A stretch of DNA of 64,000 bases from the human T2T-CHM13v2.0 reference genome, Homo sapiens: assembly GCF_009914755.1 (NCBI RefSeq), contig NC_060928.1. The stretch is one strand, 5' to 3'. The notes below the pieces were generated by a model, which was given only the letters and a program-made list of their open reading frames with translations, made no database searches and had not been told where the DNA came from. The position numbers and the translations under genes were made by a program. Shown here one piece after another: positions 12,505 to 25,852 of the stretch (position 1 is its first letter; each line of letters opens with the position of its first letter).

Positions 12505-13793
12505 TGAAGATGACGCAAATATAATTGTGTTGTTTTTTTGCATTGTTGAAATTTGCCGTTTGATACTGGAATACATTCTTCAACAAATGTGGTTATACAT
12601 CATTTTAATGAGCACTTCTTGCTTTTTTTTTTTTTTTGCTAATTACTTATTACTTGCTGTTTATTTTATACTTATTTTAAACTATGGAAATGATGTTAGA
12701 TAAAAAGCAAGTTTGGGTGATTTTCTTATTTCAGTTCAGAATGGGTTATAAAGTGCAGAGACACTTGCAACATCAACAACACATTTGGCCCAGGAACTGC
12801 TAATGAATCTACAGTGCAGTGTCGCTTCAAGAAGTTTTGCAAAGAAGGTGAGAGCCTTGAAGATGAGGAGCGTAGTGGCCAGTCATCAGAAGTTGACAAT
12901 GACCAATTAAGAGCAATCATCGAAACTGATCCTCTTACAACTACAGAAGAAGTTGCTGAAGAAATCAATGTTGACCATTCTATGGTCATTTGGCATCTGA
13001 AGCAAATTGGAAAGGTGAAAAAACTTGATAAGTGGCTTCCTCATGAGCTGAGCAAAAAAAAAAAAAATTGTCGTTTTGAAGTGTCATCTTCTCTTATTCT
13101 ACATGACAATAATTAAACCATTTATTGATCAGACTGTGATGTGCAATGAAAAGTGGATTTTATAAGACAACCGGTGAGGACCAGCTCAGTGGTTGGACTG
13201 AGAAAAAACTCCAAAGCACTTCCCAAAGCCAAAACTGGCAACAAAAAAAATGTCTTGGTCACTGTTTGGTGGCCTGCTGCCGGTCTGATCCACCACAGCT
13301 TTCTGAATCCTGGCAACGCCATTATGTCTGAGAAGTATGCTCAGCAAATCAAAGAGATGCACCAAAAACTGAAACACCTGCAGCCAGCACTGGTAAACAG
13401 AAAAGGGCCCAATTCTTCTCCACAACAACGCCCAACCACACGCCGTACAGCCAATGGTCCAAAGGTTGAAGAAATTGGGCTACAAAGTTTTGCCTCATCT
13501 GCCATATTCACCTGACCTCTCGCAAACAGACTAACACTTTTTCAAGCATCTCAACAACTTTTTGCAGGGAAAACACTTCCAAAACCAGCAGAATGCTGAA
13601 AATGCTTTCCATGAGTTCGTCAAATCCCAAAGCATGGATTTTTATGCGACAGGAATAAACAACTTATTTCTCATTGGCAAAAATGTTTTGATTGTAGTGG
13701 CTCCTATTTTGATTAATAAAGATGTGTTTGAGTCTAGTTATAATGATTTAAAATTCATGGTCCAAAACTGTTATTACTTTTGCAACAATCTAA
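12505..13793 (+). mobile_element. Full-length Hsmar1 mariner DNA transposon (inactive)
   Basis: 1289 bp between two TA dinucleotides (12503-12504, 13794-13795); 3' ITR AAAACTGTTATTACTTTTGCAACAATCTAA; decayed 5' ITR. Confidence 0.95.
12684..13716 (+). pseudogene. Hsmar1 transposase pseudogene (frameshifts, stops, two catalytic Asp lost)
   Basis: MEMMLDKKQ start; KWLPHEL (WVPHEL motif), VTVWW, YSPDL, FYATGIN; TAA at 13114-13116 and 13532-13534; no SET domain. Confidence 0.93.
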
Positions 13794-13964
13794 TATTAAA
13801 TCAATGATTCTTCACACCAACTATACAACTATACAATTAAAAATGATGGATATATTCTTAGAAGAAAAGTAAATTACAACAAAATAAAGCAGTATGATTT
13901 AGATTTACAGTTCAGGGAAAGCTTCACATATATGAATAATTTCTATTCATGTTAACTCATGTTA

Positions 13965-14102
13965 ATGTTTATATATACACATGTGTGTATACATAAAACT
14001 GTGTATTGTATATCTGTGTGTATGTGTATATATTATATATAGATATGTATATATGTGTGTATATATATATATATTTATATAAAATACACACACATACACA
14101 TA
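13965..14102. repeat. (TA)n/(TG)n/(CA)n simple repeat
   Basis: Alternating purine-pyrimidine tract. Confidence 0.85.
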
Positions 14103-15029
14103 GGGACATTACCATAAGTAGGATTTAGATAAGCACAGTTGAGGGGAGGTGGGGTGAAATAAAGATACAGAAGATGCAAATAGTCTCAGCCAGAAAGAAT
14201 TGACACAATGCTAGTGTGGCTGCTGAACAGAGAGAGAGCAAGCAGGAAGGAAGATGAGGGTGGAGTAAAAAACAAGACTATGCAAAGCTTTACCAGCTAC
14301 ATCAAAGAATTTAGATTTTATCCTAATATAGTGGGAAGGTTTTGAAGGATCCTAAATAGTGACGCAACAGGTTCCTTCGGGCTGCAATGTGTAAAATTGT
14401 TAAGGTGGGTATGGGAGGTAATTATGTAAGTGGGGAATTCAGGTAGAAGGCCTTCACAATAGCATAGACAAAACTGCTGATAGGTTGGCCAAGAGAGCTG
14501 CCTTTTTAAACAGAAAAAGTGAATAGATGCAAGACATTTTTTAGGGAGGACAGGCTATTGTTGTGAATTGGTGGGAAGTGAAATAATTTTAGGCAAGAGC
14601 CACTGGCTGGATGGATATTTTATGACACACACTGGAGGTGGAAAAGATTTGCAGGGACACCATGAGGAGTTTAGTGCATTCTTGTCTAATTTGAGAGGGA
14701 TGTGAGCATCTGGTGGAGATGTCATGGGGGAAATTAAACGTCTAAGTCTTAAGTCAAAAGAGAAGCTTGAGATTTACATGTGAATTTCTCTGACATCTAG
14801 TTATTGGAAGTCAGGTAATAGATGATGTTACCTAAATTAAGAGTATTGATTGAGAAAAGAAGCCTCTTTATACCAAATATAAAGAAACCTAACCTATAGA
14901 ATAAAGGTTTTCAATGATTTCTATGTATAAACTTTCCCTGGAGTAACTGATATCATGTAGTCCTATTTCTATTCACAGAGTCTGATTTAGTCATTATGGA
15001 ATAGAACCCAGAAATATGCATTTAAATAT

Positions 15030-15860
15030 TTGTTATGCTTCTGATGCAGTTGTTTCCTGGTTCAGCATGAGGGAAAAAAAGGGAGGCTGAAAAAGGTATT
15101 GCATAGTTATATGTGTAATCCCTTATATTAAAAAAAAGAAAACTAAGAATCAACAGAAAAAAAGTGACAAAAAAAAAAAAGAGCCTGGAGAAGCAAGCAG
15201 GGATCAAATTCTGCTGGATCTTGTCGGCTACAATAAGAATTTGGGACTTTTTCTTTACAATCATAGGAAGGCATAAAAGGCTTTAGGCATAATTGATATG
15301 ACTAGTTATATGTTGTAGAACAATAACAAAAAAACTGGTTGTAGAGTAGAGATTTGTTTTCAGGAAGAAGACTGAACAAGAAGGGTCTGGTTAATAGTAG
15401 CAGTTGTAGTATTAAGAAACTATGGTAATTAGAAATAGGATGGTGATGATAGAGATAGGAAGAATATGGAATTGAAGGGAATGTAGAAAGGAAATTAGTG
15501 AGTACCTGGTGATGTATACGATGTGGAAGGTGGTAAAAGTTAGAGAAATGTCAGGGTCAGTTTAGCCAACCGTTTCCAGCCTGTCTGTTTATGGAAGATG
15601 GAGTCCATCACAGCCAATGAGAAACACTGGAGTAGAGCCTGGCTTTCGGGATGATGGGTGGAAGTGGGAGGATCCTGAGTGTTGTTTCTAATGTGGTGAA
15701 CTTGAATGAGATAATACAATGAAGATGTTAAAGAGGACTCACAGGGTAGAGTTGTAAATGTATTAATGTAGAGACAGTAACTGAAGTCATGGGTGTGTAT
15801 GTGTGTGTAAGATCATCTATGTAGAAGAAATAGCATGAAAAAAAGAGAAGATCCTATTGT
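15030..15860 (-). mobile_element. Second L2 fragment (reverse)
   Basis: GGAGAAGCAAGCAGGGATCAAATTCTGCTGGATCTTGTCGGCTACAATAAGAATTTGGGACTTT, typical reverse L2 body. Confidence 0.55.
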
Positions 15861-16143
15861 GCTACAGTCAAGAACAAAACTGCATCACTGATGATTATTG
15901 CATATCATATTAGGCTTAGTCATGTGGAAAATTAGAAAGAATTATAAAGACTAGCCATAGAAATGCTCATTTTGAATAATGTACATGACAGAAATATGAA
16001 TTAATACTGAGAATTTTATCAGAATCACTCAAAGCCAGTTATTTGTCTTCAGTTGTATGAATTGCCATGGGAAAAGGCGCAGTGAGCAAAACTCTGTTTA
16101 AATTATTATTTTTTTCAATGTCTGTCTGTCTGAGGTACTGAGG

Positions 16144-16507
16144 TGATACAGTATGGCTCTGTGCCCACACCCAAATCTCATCTTGAAATGTGTCCCCACG
16201 TATTGAGGGAGGGTCCTGGTGGGAGGTTATCAGATCATAGGGGCAGTTTCCCCTATGCTGTTCTAGTGATAGTGAGTGAGTTCTCATGAGATCTGATGGT
16301 TTTAAAGTGGCACCTTCCCCCTCGCTCTCTGTCTCTCCTGCCACCTTGTGAAGAAGGTGCCTGCTTCCCCTTCACCTTCTGCCATGATTGTAAGTTTCCT
16401 GAGGCTGCCCCAGACATGGGGAACTGTGAGTCAATTAAACCTCTTTTGTTTATAAATTACCCAGTCTCAGGTAGTTCTTTATAGCAGTGTGAAAATGAAC
16501 TAATACA
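16144..16507 (+). mobile_element. THE1D-like MaLR solo LTR
   Basis: TGATACAGTATGGCTCTGTG...CCCAAATCTCATCTTGAA...ATTAAACCTCTTT...GAACTAATACA; TG...CA ends; 364 bp. Confidence 0.9.
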
Positions 16508-19499
16508 TGTGCATTACAAATCATCTTGACCTCACAAGTAACTGAGAAACTTTAATATGTATGACATTTTTATTACAATTTGTTAACTTCTTAATGATGG
16601 CATGTATGCAAGTGTATGTCCCCAACTTGAATATGAATCTATTTGTGCCAAGGATCCGATTATTTGGTTCTTTGAATCTTTTGAAATACTTGGCTTAATT
16701 CTGGTCATGTAATTAATATGCATTAATGGATATTTTTTAGATAAAAACTATTAGAAGTAAATGTAATAAATGAAAAATGACATGTATTTCTCTTTTGGCT
16801 TAACGATGTAAATTCAAAGAGCCAACAGCCAAATTGCCTCCCGCTGCTACAGAATCTGATGTGAAGTTGAACAGTGGGAAACTTCTGAATAATAAAATGG
16901 ACTTTAACTTTAAAAATCAGATCTTGTCATAATTATCTATACCACATAAGGGAAAATACATTTTATTGATGTAATTCTGCTTCATTTATATTACATTTAA
17001 TAAAGAATAAGCATGAATAATTACTAAATAATTTTACTCTTTAAGAAAAATGGAAGAGAATTTCTTTACAAAAGAATGTTAATCTTTATAAAATACTCTA
17101 CCTATTTTAGGTTATGTGTTCTTTATTTGGGTTAAAAACAATACTAAGATAATATGTATATGACTAAAGACACCAAGACAATAACAAAGGATATGCCATT
17201 TTCAAGGTCTTAGGTCCTCATTCTCAATTCAATTTATTATTTGGAGCCTATGAGAAATAGGGCAAAATGCACAAATCAGGATAATTTTCTACCTCATAGG
17301 AATTCTGAGAATAAAGGCTATGAATACAGGAAAATAATAATAAAAATGAAGAGAAGCTGGGAGGGAAAAGGAAAGGTAAATAGAAAAAAGGTAAGAAGTA
17401 GAAAAAACAAGAGAAGGTATTATGTTTTCTAGATTTAGTATCTTAGTTTGGTACTGGATATTTTCATCTGCATTATATGAATTGCATTCATTTTTAGATA
17501 AAAACACAGTTTTCAGGGAAATAAAAATTCTAGGCAGCCAACAGAATTCCTCACACTTTGAAGTGACTCTCAAGTAACCTGTTCAAGTCCATTAGAAGCT
17601 TCAGAAGTCCCCAGGTGTTCATTATTACATTACCATTCTTACCACATCTCCACTTTCTGGAGAGAGAAAATAGCTTAAGCAATTGTAGAGAGAGTTGGAA
17701 TAAGCTAAGGGATTGCCCTGCTGTTCCAGACAACTTTAGACTAAACTATGTCCCCAGATATCTGCTTCCTATAGTGAAACTTTATGGAATAGGGTGTTAA
17801 GACAATCTATTGAATTAATCTTTAAGGGCTTTGTCTCTTAAATATCATCTTTATTAAAATAATATTTACCTTCATCCTTTTAAATATACATTATCTTTCC
17901 ATCTTTCTCATTGCCTGTTCAATCTGCCAGTAAATTATGCATATATTGACATGATATTTTAGATATTGTGGATACAATTATGTCTCCTGTGCATCCAATC
18001 CTTTTTGCTAAGCAATATAGACCCTAAATCACAAGTAACACTGAAAGTAGAATTTGTACATCATCATAGTTTGTAGAACATTTTTATAAATAATATTTCA
18101 TTTAAGAAAGACATTGCAGTGACTGAGACTCATTACTATAACATTTTAACAGTATAAATTAGTCATTAATTACAAAAGTAAAATAGAACTAGAGCAAGAT
18201 AAAATTTTACTTGATACCTGAGTATTTTTCTTCATTTTTAACCTTCATTTCTTTGGATGTCAGAAAACATACTCTAAATTTTTAGGCCAAGACATTGACA
18301 TCTTGGAAAATTCAAGTCTTGTGTCCTAGTCACAGCATGATTTAGCAAATCCATCTAAGGGAATGCATCACCATACTCCACCATTTCTTCATCCCAAGAA
18401 TACACTTATGTGCTTAGAGTTAGCTAAGTTATAGAGAAGATTAGTCAGAGTTAACCTATACATGTTAGCAAGCCTTGGTTAGTCACCCAGAATAAATCCA
18501 TGATGCCGGCAAGCATCTATTGAGTTTATGGTATGGCTTCTCCACATAGGCAGCCTGCAAGAACGCAGCGTATGGTTACTACAGAGTTATCTGATATATT
18601 TTCTCTTCATTCACATGTAAGCTCATCCCTGCTTATTTCCCTTATCTCGCTTCATATTCCCACAAATCACTCCAGAAACATCTCACTTTTCTAGGGTTCA
18701 TTCATGGCTGCTGGTTAATACTCCCAAGAACTTCTGTTGGGCACAAGGAGAATGTATGAGCCCTGGGAAGCCAGTGGATTCTTTGCTATCATCTCCCATC
18801 TGATTCCGCCACTCCACCACCTGTACCCCTCCCATAACCTTCTCATCTATCACAGGGACGGCTGCATCTACCAGAGGTGCTGGTGCTCTATAAACTCCAG
18901 CTAAAATAGGAAATTCCCAGATTTTTCTTCGCTTCTTCCTAATTCCTTAACTCCACTCTCCCATTTCAATGCATGAGGTTGAAATAGGCCTGTTCAGAAG
19001 AGTCAAGAAAAACAGAATATACAGAAAGTTATCGTTATGTCTGAGTCCCTTACCACTGACTTGAACATAGTAACCAGGGGAGAGCTAACCTCTGTGATGA
19101 AAAACGGGATAGAAAAATCCAGCCCCACAGTTTAGGCAACATGATCCTTTTAATGTTTCCTCTACATTAGTTTTCTCCTAATCCTTCTATCTTTCTTATT
19201 GCCTGTTCTATCTGTCAGTGAGAGCTGTGAAGTAGTATCTGGTGGCTCAGACTAGTTGAGAATGGCTAAGCACACCAGCTGCTCCTTAACATCCTTCTAA
19301 GAAACTCTAAGAAAACATTAACTTTACAGCCCAATCCCCCTGTCAACAATAGCCAGAGATGCAGAGTTGCCTTGTCACAACCTGTCTGACCCCGTGTGAA
19401 AATCCATACAGTATGGAAAGAGCAATATATGTTGTCTACATATTGACAGCAACCACATTTACACTATCTAGAGACAAAGGAATAGAATAAGATTTTTTT

Positions 19500-19690
19500 A
19501 GAAGGTTAGTGCCAGAAAGGAAACTAAAGAATATCCATCTCCACATTCTCTTTTTAAATATTAGGAAAAGCTCCAGGGAGGTTACATGACATAACCAAAG
19601 ACACAGACTGAGTTGACTGTTAAGTTGAGACTAGTACAGTGAAGATCCTTAGGATTCTTTAATTAACACTTTTCTACTGAGTCACACTAT
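19500..19690 (-). mobile_element. MIR (old, reverse)
   Basis: AGGAAAAGCTCCAGGGAGGTTACATGACATAACCAAAGACACAG. Confidence 0.5.
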
Positions 19691-20804
19691 TCTAAACCTA
19701 ATAATGTTTTCAATGCACTATCATTAAGGAATTGCTGAACAGACTGTTATCTTCTGACATCATTATCACTCTTCAAGTATGGATTGAGGAAAAAATACTA
19801 AAGAAAATATTTGCTAATTGCATACTCATTTCTAGGTGCAGGGTTAGGCTTGGAGGTGGGATGGGTCAGGAGAGCATAAGAAAGCACTAAATGGCAGCTT
19901 TTACCTTCATTTAGGAGATAAGTATTAATAGTCAGAGTATAAATAATAATTCAAGGAAGTAGAGAAGACACCCTAAGTGAATACTTAGGGTGTAGTTCAT
20001 ACCACTGAAATTCAGAGAGAACTGAAATCACTACGGTTGAAATTGTCTTGAAAAACTACATCCACAGGACAAGATCTCTGCGGTCTGGATAAGCAATGAT
20101 AGTTAGATAAGCATGGCTTTATATTAAGGACTAGCACATATACGGCCATTTTAATTAAACGTTCTAAAACACTGTCGGGTGGATTTGTACATGAATCTAA
20201 ATTGGTAATGTATAAGGGAAACTCTTTTCATGTTATAGTTCTTATCCATACAAAAATAAATGAGAAAAACAAGAAAAGAATGAAAAGGAAATTTTGGAAT
20301 AGATAATGTAAGAACTTGATGGAATATTGCCTCAGAGAAAAAGAGGAACTTTCTGCAAAGGCATTGAGAAGCTTCAGAGAGGGTCACTGGGTATTCATAT
20401 ACAAACTTTAGAAAAGATGGTTACAAGCGAGCTTCTTTCTATTCCCTAAGTCCATTTAAGCATCACCAAAGGCATTTTTTTTATATATACTAGGAGAAAG
20501 GGCATTTTAGTGGCTTTAGAAATATGTGGACAGTAAATCTTACTCAAAGTGACTGAAGAAATTAGCCCAAAGCAAAGAAAAAATAAAAGTCAACTGCAGT
20601 CCTGGTTTTACCTTTTGAAAGAAAAAAAAAAAAAAAAAACCTACAGTCTATTATCTCTCTCTCTCTCGCTCTCTCCTTCTTTCCTTCTCATTTTCCCTTT
20701 CATTCCTTTAGGAATATTATTTAATAATGCAAATAACATATTTAGAATATATGTCGTCATGCTGATAAATGACAAAAAAGTAAAGAAAAAAGAGAGAGAG
20801 TATA

Positions 20805-21010
20805 ATATAGCAGCAATACCAGAGACATTAGTTTCAGATACATCTGAATGCAAATGTTGATTCACCTACTTTCTAGTTGCGTGATTTTAGGCTAGCTAAT
20901 TAATCTCTCAGAGTTTTATATTACAGATATTATATTTGACATCTGTAAAATAGAAATCAAAATAATAAACTCATGGGAAAGTTTAAACTTCATAAGGGGC
21001 TTAATGCACC
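20805..21010 (+). mobile_element. MIR
   Basis: CTAGTTGCGTGATTTTAGGCTAGCTAATTAATCTCTCAGAG...CATCTGTAAAATAG. Confidence 0.6.
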
Positions 21011-23393
21011 TTTGAGCTAGTATGATAACACAAAAATCTAATTATATTTCTTATTTCCTCCACTGAAATCAATCAATATTTTATATTTTCTGTATTATAA
21101 GAAGGGTAGATACTCATGAAATTTTGCAGTGTAGTAGATGCAGGTGAAGCTATGTATTGTTTAACCCATAGGTAGCAAAAGAGGCTATTTTTCTCTTGTT
21201 ACACAAGTTAAAACAAATTAAATACCTTAAATGTGCATAAGTTATCTTATACTCAGTAAAATGAATGCCTTAGACCCTTCATTTTTTATCATGAAAAAAA
21301 TAGAAACATGCAACTATTCTGAAATGTGCACAAAAGTACTTCAACTAAATCCAACACATCTCAGATTTTAGGGAAATAATGTGAATATTTTAGAAAGGGA
21401 AGTTCAATTTTCCAAAAAAGTTTTGCCCAAGATGCTTGTAAATTTACAAACATTATCTATGTTATTTCATATAATTTTATTCTGAGTAAAAATAAAACCA
21501 AGGGTAACATTTATCAACATCAAAAATCACTGACTCGTCTTGTGAACAATGCACATATTGGAATGGTCAGTCCCCATTACTATCTTTCACATGATAAACA
21601 CTCTATTTTTCTTAACTTCTAGAAACTATATATGTTTTATGGAATTTCATTACCAATAAAGAATATAAAGTGCCTATATCTGTGGAGCTTTGCAGTAATT
21701 GGTATACTTTATATTCAGGACTATAGTCAGACCAGAAAGAGCTGGGAATTAGGCAGAAAGAAAAATCTGAAAAAGAAGCCATGCAAATGTTTGTTTATAT
21801 CCATTTACTCTGTCTAAGCAAACAAAAACTGATGAATAAACAAATAAATATAGTACCATGTTCAAGTTGAACTATATTTTAGAGGAAACAAAGAAAGCAA
21901 CATTAAATGGCAAACAATGCTGCTGTATGTTTGCTATTCTTTAACTAGATTCACATATCCATAAATAAGATAAATGACATTTTCTGATGGAATTAAATCA
22001 TCACACTTCTTGTTTCTCCTTAAACAGATTCAATCACAAAATTTAAAAATCCTACTAATCTAAATCAAGTAATACTTTGCTTTAAGCTATAAGATACTAT
22101 GTATCTTTTTAAAGTACCAAAAACTGAATCTATAAGTTAAACTAAGCATGAGAGTAAAAACCAAGTTAGGCTAAATAAAACCAAACACATCACAAAATAA
22201 TATGGTTTTCCAAAGTCTTTATATTCTTCTGGTAATGTACAGGGAAGTGCTTTGTAAAATGTGAAAAGTAACATAATTATATCAACCACTACTTAGTCTG
22301 TGTCTTCTTTCTCTTTTTCATAACCCTTATTTTTCTTCTTTCTCTCTCTCCCTTTTCTTACTCATTTAATGCTTATTGAATGCCCACTAACCTTCAGGCA
22401 GAGCACAGAAGAGAAAGCTATGCATCTCACCTTAAGAGATGTATTTGGTTATCATACACATTTTCTATTACTGAAGGACCTCTTTCAGTCAGACTTGTTT
22501 CCATAGACAATTTATTAGGCATACAAGGAAATGTAAAATGATCAAAACACTATTCTTTAACTCAACTCCATGTATTTTTGATATGTCAAAATAATAAGAT
22601 GCACCATTAAAGGACAAGGATTTCCAAATTCAGAAGACGTTGATGGTAAACTACATTATATTCTTACTCATGATTCATGTAAATGATTCATGAAAATAGA
22701 AGTGTAAATGTGTTGTTCAAATGACTGATATTGTAAACTGAATCACTGCAGCTCAATGAATAATCTGTGCAGCTCATTCAATAATCTATGCCTTCCTCAA
22801 GAATGGAGGCATATACTCGCAGTTATTATTTAGGGGTTAATTATCATGTTTCCTTTTTACTTAAATACCTTCAAATTCACAAGAAGCTGGTTGATCTAAG
22901 CAGGTGGCCACGGGAACTCCCCATTTTCTCTCTGCCCTTTCAGACCTCCTCCTCCTATTCCTCAGGTAGCTACTGCCATATAGCAGCCCTTGTTCCCCAG
23001 GACCAGTCCAGACTGGGTGGCACAGAAGAGGCAGGAAGAAGGAGAGTAAACTGCAGAGCTGCTACTTTTCCAGTTTCCCACACCTGGTCTATTTTTCCAG
23101 ACATCTCAAAATATCCATCCCTTAGATTATTTTTGGTTACTCACCTAAAAATCATTACCTCAGCCTCAAATTTGAGCATTGGCCATGAAGACTCTCAGTC
23201 CTGATTTCCTCTGAATATGCTTGGACTTTATTCGAATCATCCCTCCTCACCTTGGAGCATTCATGGATGTATTTGTCAACACCTCGGGCCATGGCCCTAA
23301 AAGGTTTAGAAATTATGTTGTTGTTGTTGTTGCTGTTGTTATAGTTGTTTTTCTTTAAATAAATATTTTTTTCAGTTAAATATTGCTTATTTA

Positions 23394-23779
<386 letters not shown>

Positions 23780-24309
23780 TTAAATCCAGAACAACCCTGG
23801 AAGACATAGAAAACCACAATGAGTTACAGCAATGGCATGAGATTAGAAGTAGCGAGAGCTGAGAAAGCAGTGGGTCAAAGCTAGGCAATTGCAAGTAGAG
23901 GCAACTGGAATCAGCCACACTGGCTTGACCAAAGCCACACCCACACAAGATGACTGGCTTTCTAAGATTCAGTTAGGAGACAGACTCTCTTCATAGGTTT
24001 TCTGCACTAAGAAACTCCTACGTTGGACTCTACAGAGAGAAAAGTGTCCCGAGAGGCCAGAAAACCTATGATGACAATAAGAAACGAAAAGATACCTGCA
24101 CACCCTACAAAAAGCCTTATTTCTTCTCCACAGCAACACCTTAAATCAGTAAGAAAACACTTATGCTCAATAACAGCATAGGAGTGAAGGATGTGGACAA
24201 GAACTTTACCAAAAAGTAGCCCCTAAAACAAGTAAAGAAGATTAGTCCAATAATGAAAGAGGGACATAAAACTACTGTTATTACCATTCCTACTGCTGTT
24301 TGGTTTAAA

Positions 24310-24850
24310 TTTATATTTCAAGTGTATTAGTGTCTCACATTGTACTAAGCATATTTTCTGCATAAACTCATTTTTTTTTTTTTAAGATGGAGTCTCGCTC
24401 TGTTGCCCAGGCTGGAGTGCAGTGGCGTGATCCCGGCTCACTGAGCAAGCTCTGCCTCCCGGGTTCACGCCATTCTCCTGCCTCAGCCTCCCGAGTAGCT
24501 GGGACTACAGGTGCCCGCCACCACGCCCAGCTAATTTTTTGTATTTTTAGTAGAGACGGGGTTTCAGTGTGTTAGCCAGGATGGTCTCAATCTCCTGACC
24601 TTGTGATCTGCCTACCTCGGCCTCCCAAAGTTCTGGGATTACAGGCGTGAGCCACCGCACCTGGCCACTGCATAAACTCATTTAATTATTGCAACATCAT
24701 AGGTATTATTATCTCCACTTTACAGATAAGATCAATGAGATTTTTAAAATTATAGTATTTTTACCAACTTCTTACAGCAAAAGCATGAAAGAGTCACAGT
24801 TTGGTCTGACTTCAGCATGTTTGTTTTCAATGGCTAAGGTACAGTTTTAA
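24310..24850 (-). mobile_element. MIR split by AluY
   Basis: CATTGTACTAAGCAT...CTCATTT[Alu]AATTATTGCAAC...TATTATTATCTCCACTTTACAGATAAG. Confidence 0.65.
24371..24666 (-). mobile_element. AluY with 16-bp TSD
   Basis: Reverse Alu with GGGTTCACGCCATTC and GTTAGCCAGGATGG diagnostics; CTGCATAAACTCATTT at 24358-24373 and 24668-24683. Confidence 0.95.
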
Positions 24851-24899
24851 ATTTCCAGTTTAAAAAATAACATTAAAAATTGTATTGATTGGATTAGTA

Positions 24900-25330
24900 A
24901 AATCTTAAATGATTGATAATGTCAATGTTAGGCTATTATAGTATAATTTTATTAAATATTTTCAGCCAATAATGTTAATAATTTGATGCAACTCAATTGT
25001 GTATCAAAAGAGGAAAGGTTAAATACATTTTTGGTTATTATGTATAATGAAATACTATGCAGCCCTTTACAAATTTGGGGAACATCTATATCTACTGACA
25101 TGAAAATATATTCAGGATATAATATAAAGTGAAAAAGCGTGATGCTTTTTTAATGTAATAAGATCATATTTTAAAAAATTATTTGTATAAATGTATCATA
25201 TATGTGTGCATATATTTGTGAGATATATATATTCTATAAAGTATATCAAACTTCTAACAGTGTCCTTTTAAAAATGGTCATTTTTTTACTAATAAACTTA
25301 TTTTTTAATAACAATTTTAAAATCATGTAT
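24900..25330 (+). mobile_element. Ancient L1M(E)-type 3' fragment
   Basis: ATAATGAAATACTATGCAGCC...CTACTGACATGAAAATATATTCAGGATAT...AAGTGAAAAAG. Confidence 0.5.
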
Positions 25331-25852
25331 TTACCTATACTTTCGTAACATAATAGAAAAAGAAAAAATTTAGAAGTGGACTTTACCTAGACATAGCAAG
25401 TCGTAATTTCTATATTCAAAAGAAGAATCAATTTGTTGTAAAACTCTCTGGAACCCTCAAACTTTATAAATGAAACTACAGATGCTTAAAATGTAAATAA
25501 CAATTTGTTTTTACTTTTATTTTTGCATGTGCGTTAATATTTTGAGGGATTCTCAATAATAATATATAAAAGTTGTCTAAAATGTGATCATATTTACATT
25601 GTTCTTACTTAGAAAAATATTATTTTCTGTTTGATTTAGAAGTGATAGAAAGGGAGTGATTTTGACAGCAGTTAGCCTAGATGACAACTGTAGCATTTTA
25701 TAGCCACTCATTTATTTGACCTTCTAGAATATCTTATTGTTGCAATGGTTCATGTGAGATTACAAGTTTAAGATGTGACTAGTACTTGGTCCCACTGCAA
25801 TGAAGGAAGCTTTTCTCTACAAGAATGTGCCACCTGTAGCAAAATCTTCATT

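Larger units (their letters stand above)
12368..14860 (-). mobile_element. L2 (reverse), interrupted by Hsmar1 and a TA/TG simple repeat
   Basis: Reverse L2 3' end AAATATTTATTGAGTGCCTATTATATGCCAAACACTG at ~12387; L2 body GAATTTAGATTTTATCCTAA...GGGAAGGTTTTGAAGG resumes after 13800. Confidence 0.65.

Noticed and set aside
12684-13716. SETMAR gene or an active transposase
   Set aside because: No SET-domain exon, both ITRs present, multiple frameshifts and stops, and two catalytic Asp codons mutated; it is a dead Hsmar1 copy.
16800-16931. Short open frame KEPTAKLPPAATESDVKLNSG that looks protein-like
   Set aside because: Bounded by stops, with no start codon at its beginning or convincing splice sites, and no match to a protein I know.
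22788-23204. 138-aa plus-strand ORF
   Set aside because: No recognisable domain, no supporting promoter or splice context, and composition typical of a chance ORF.
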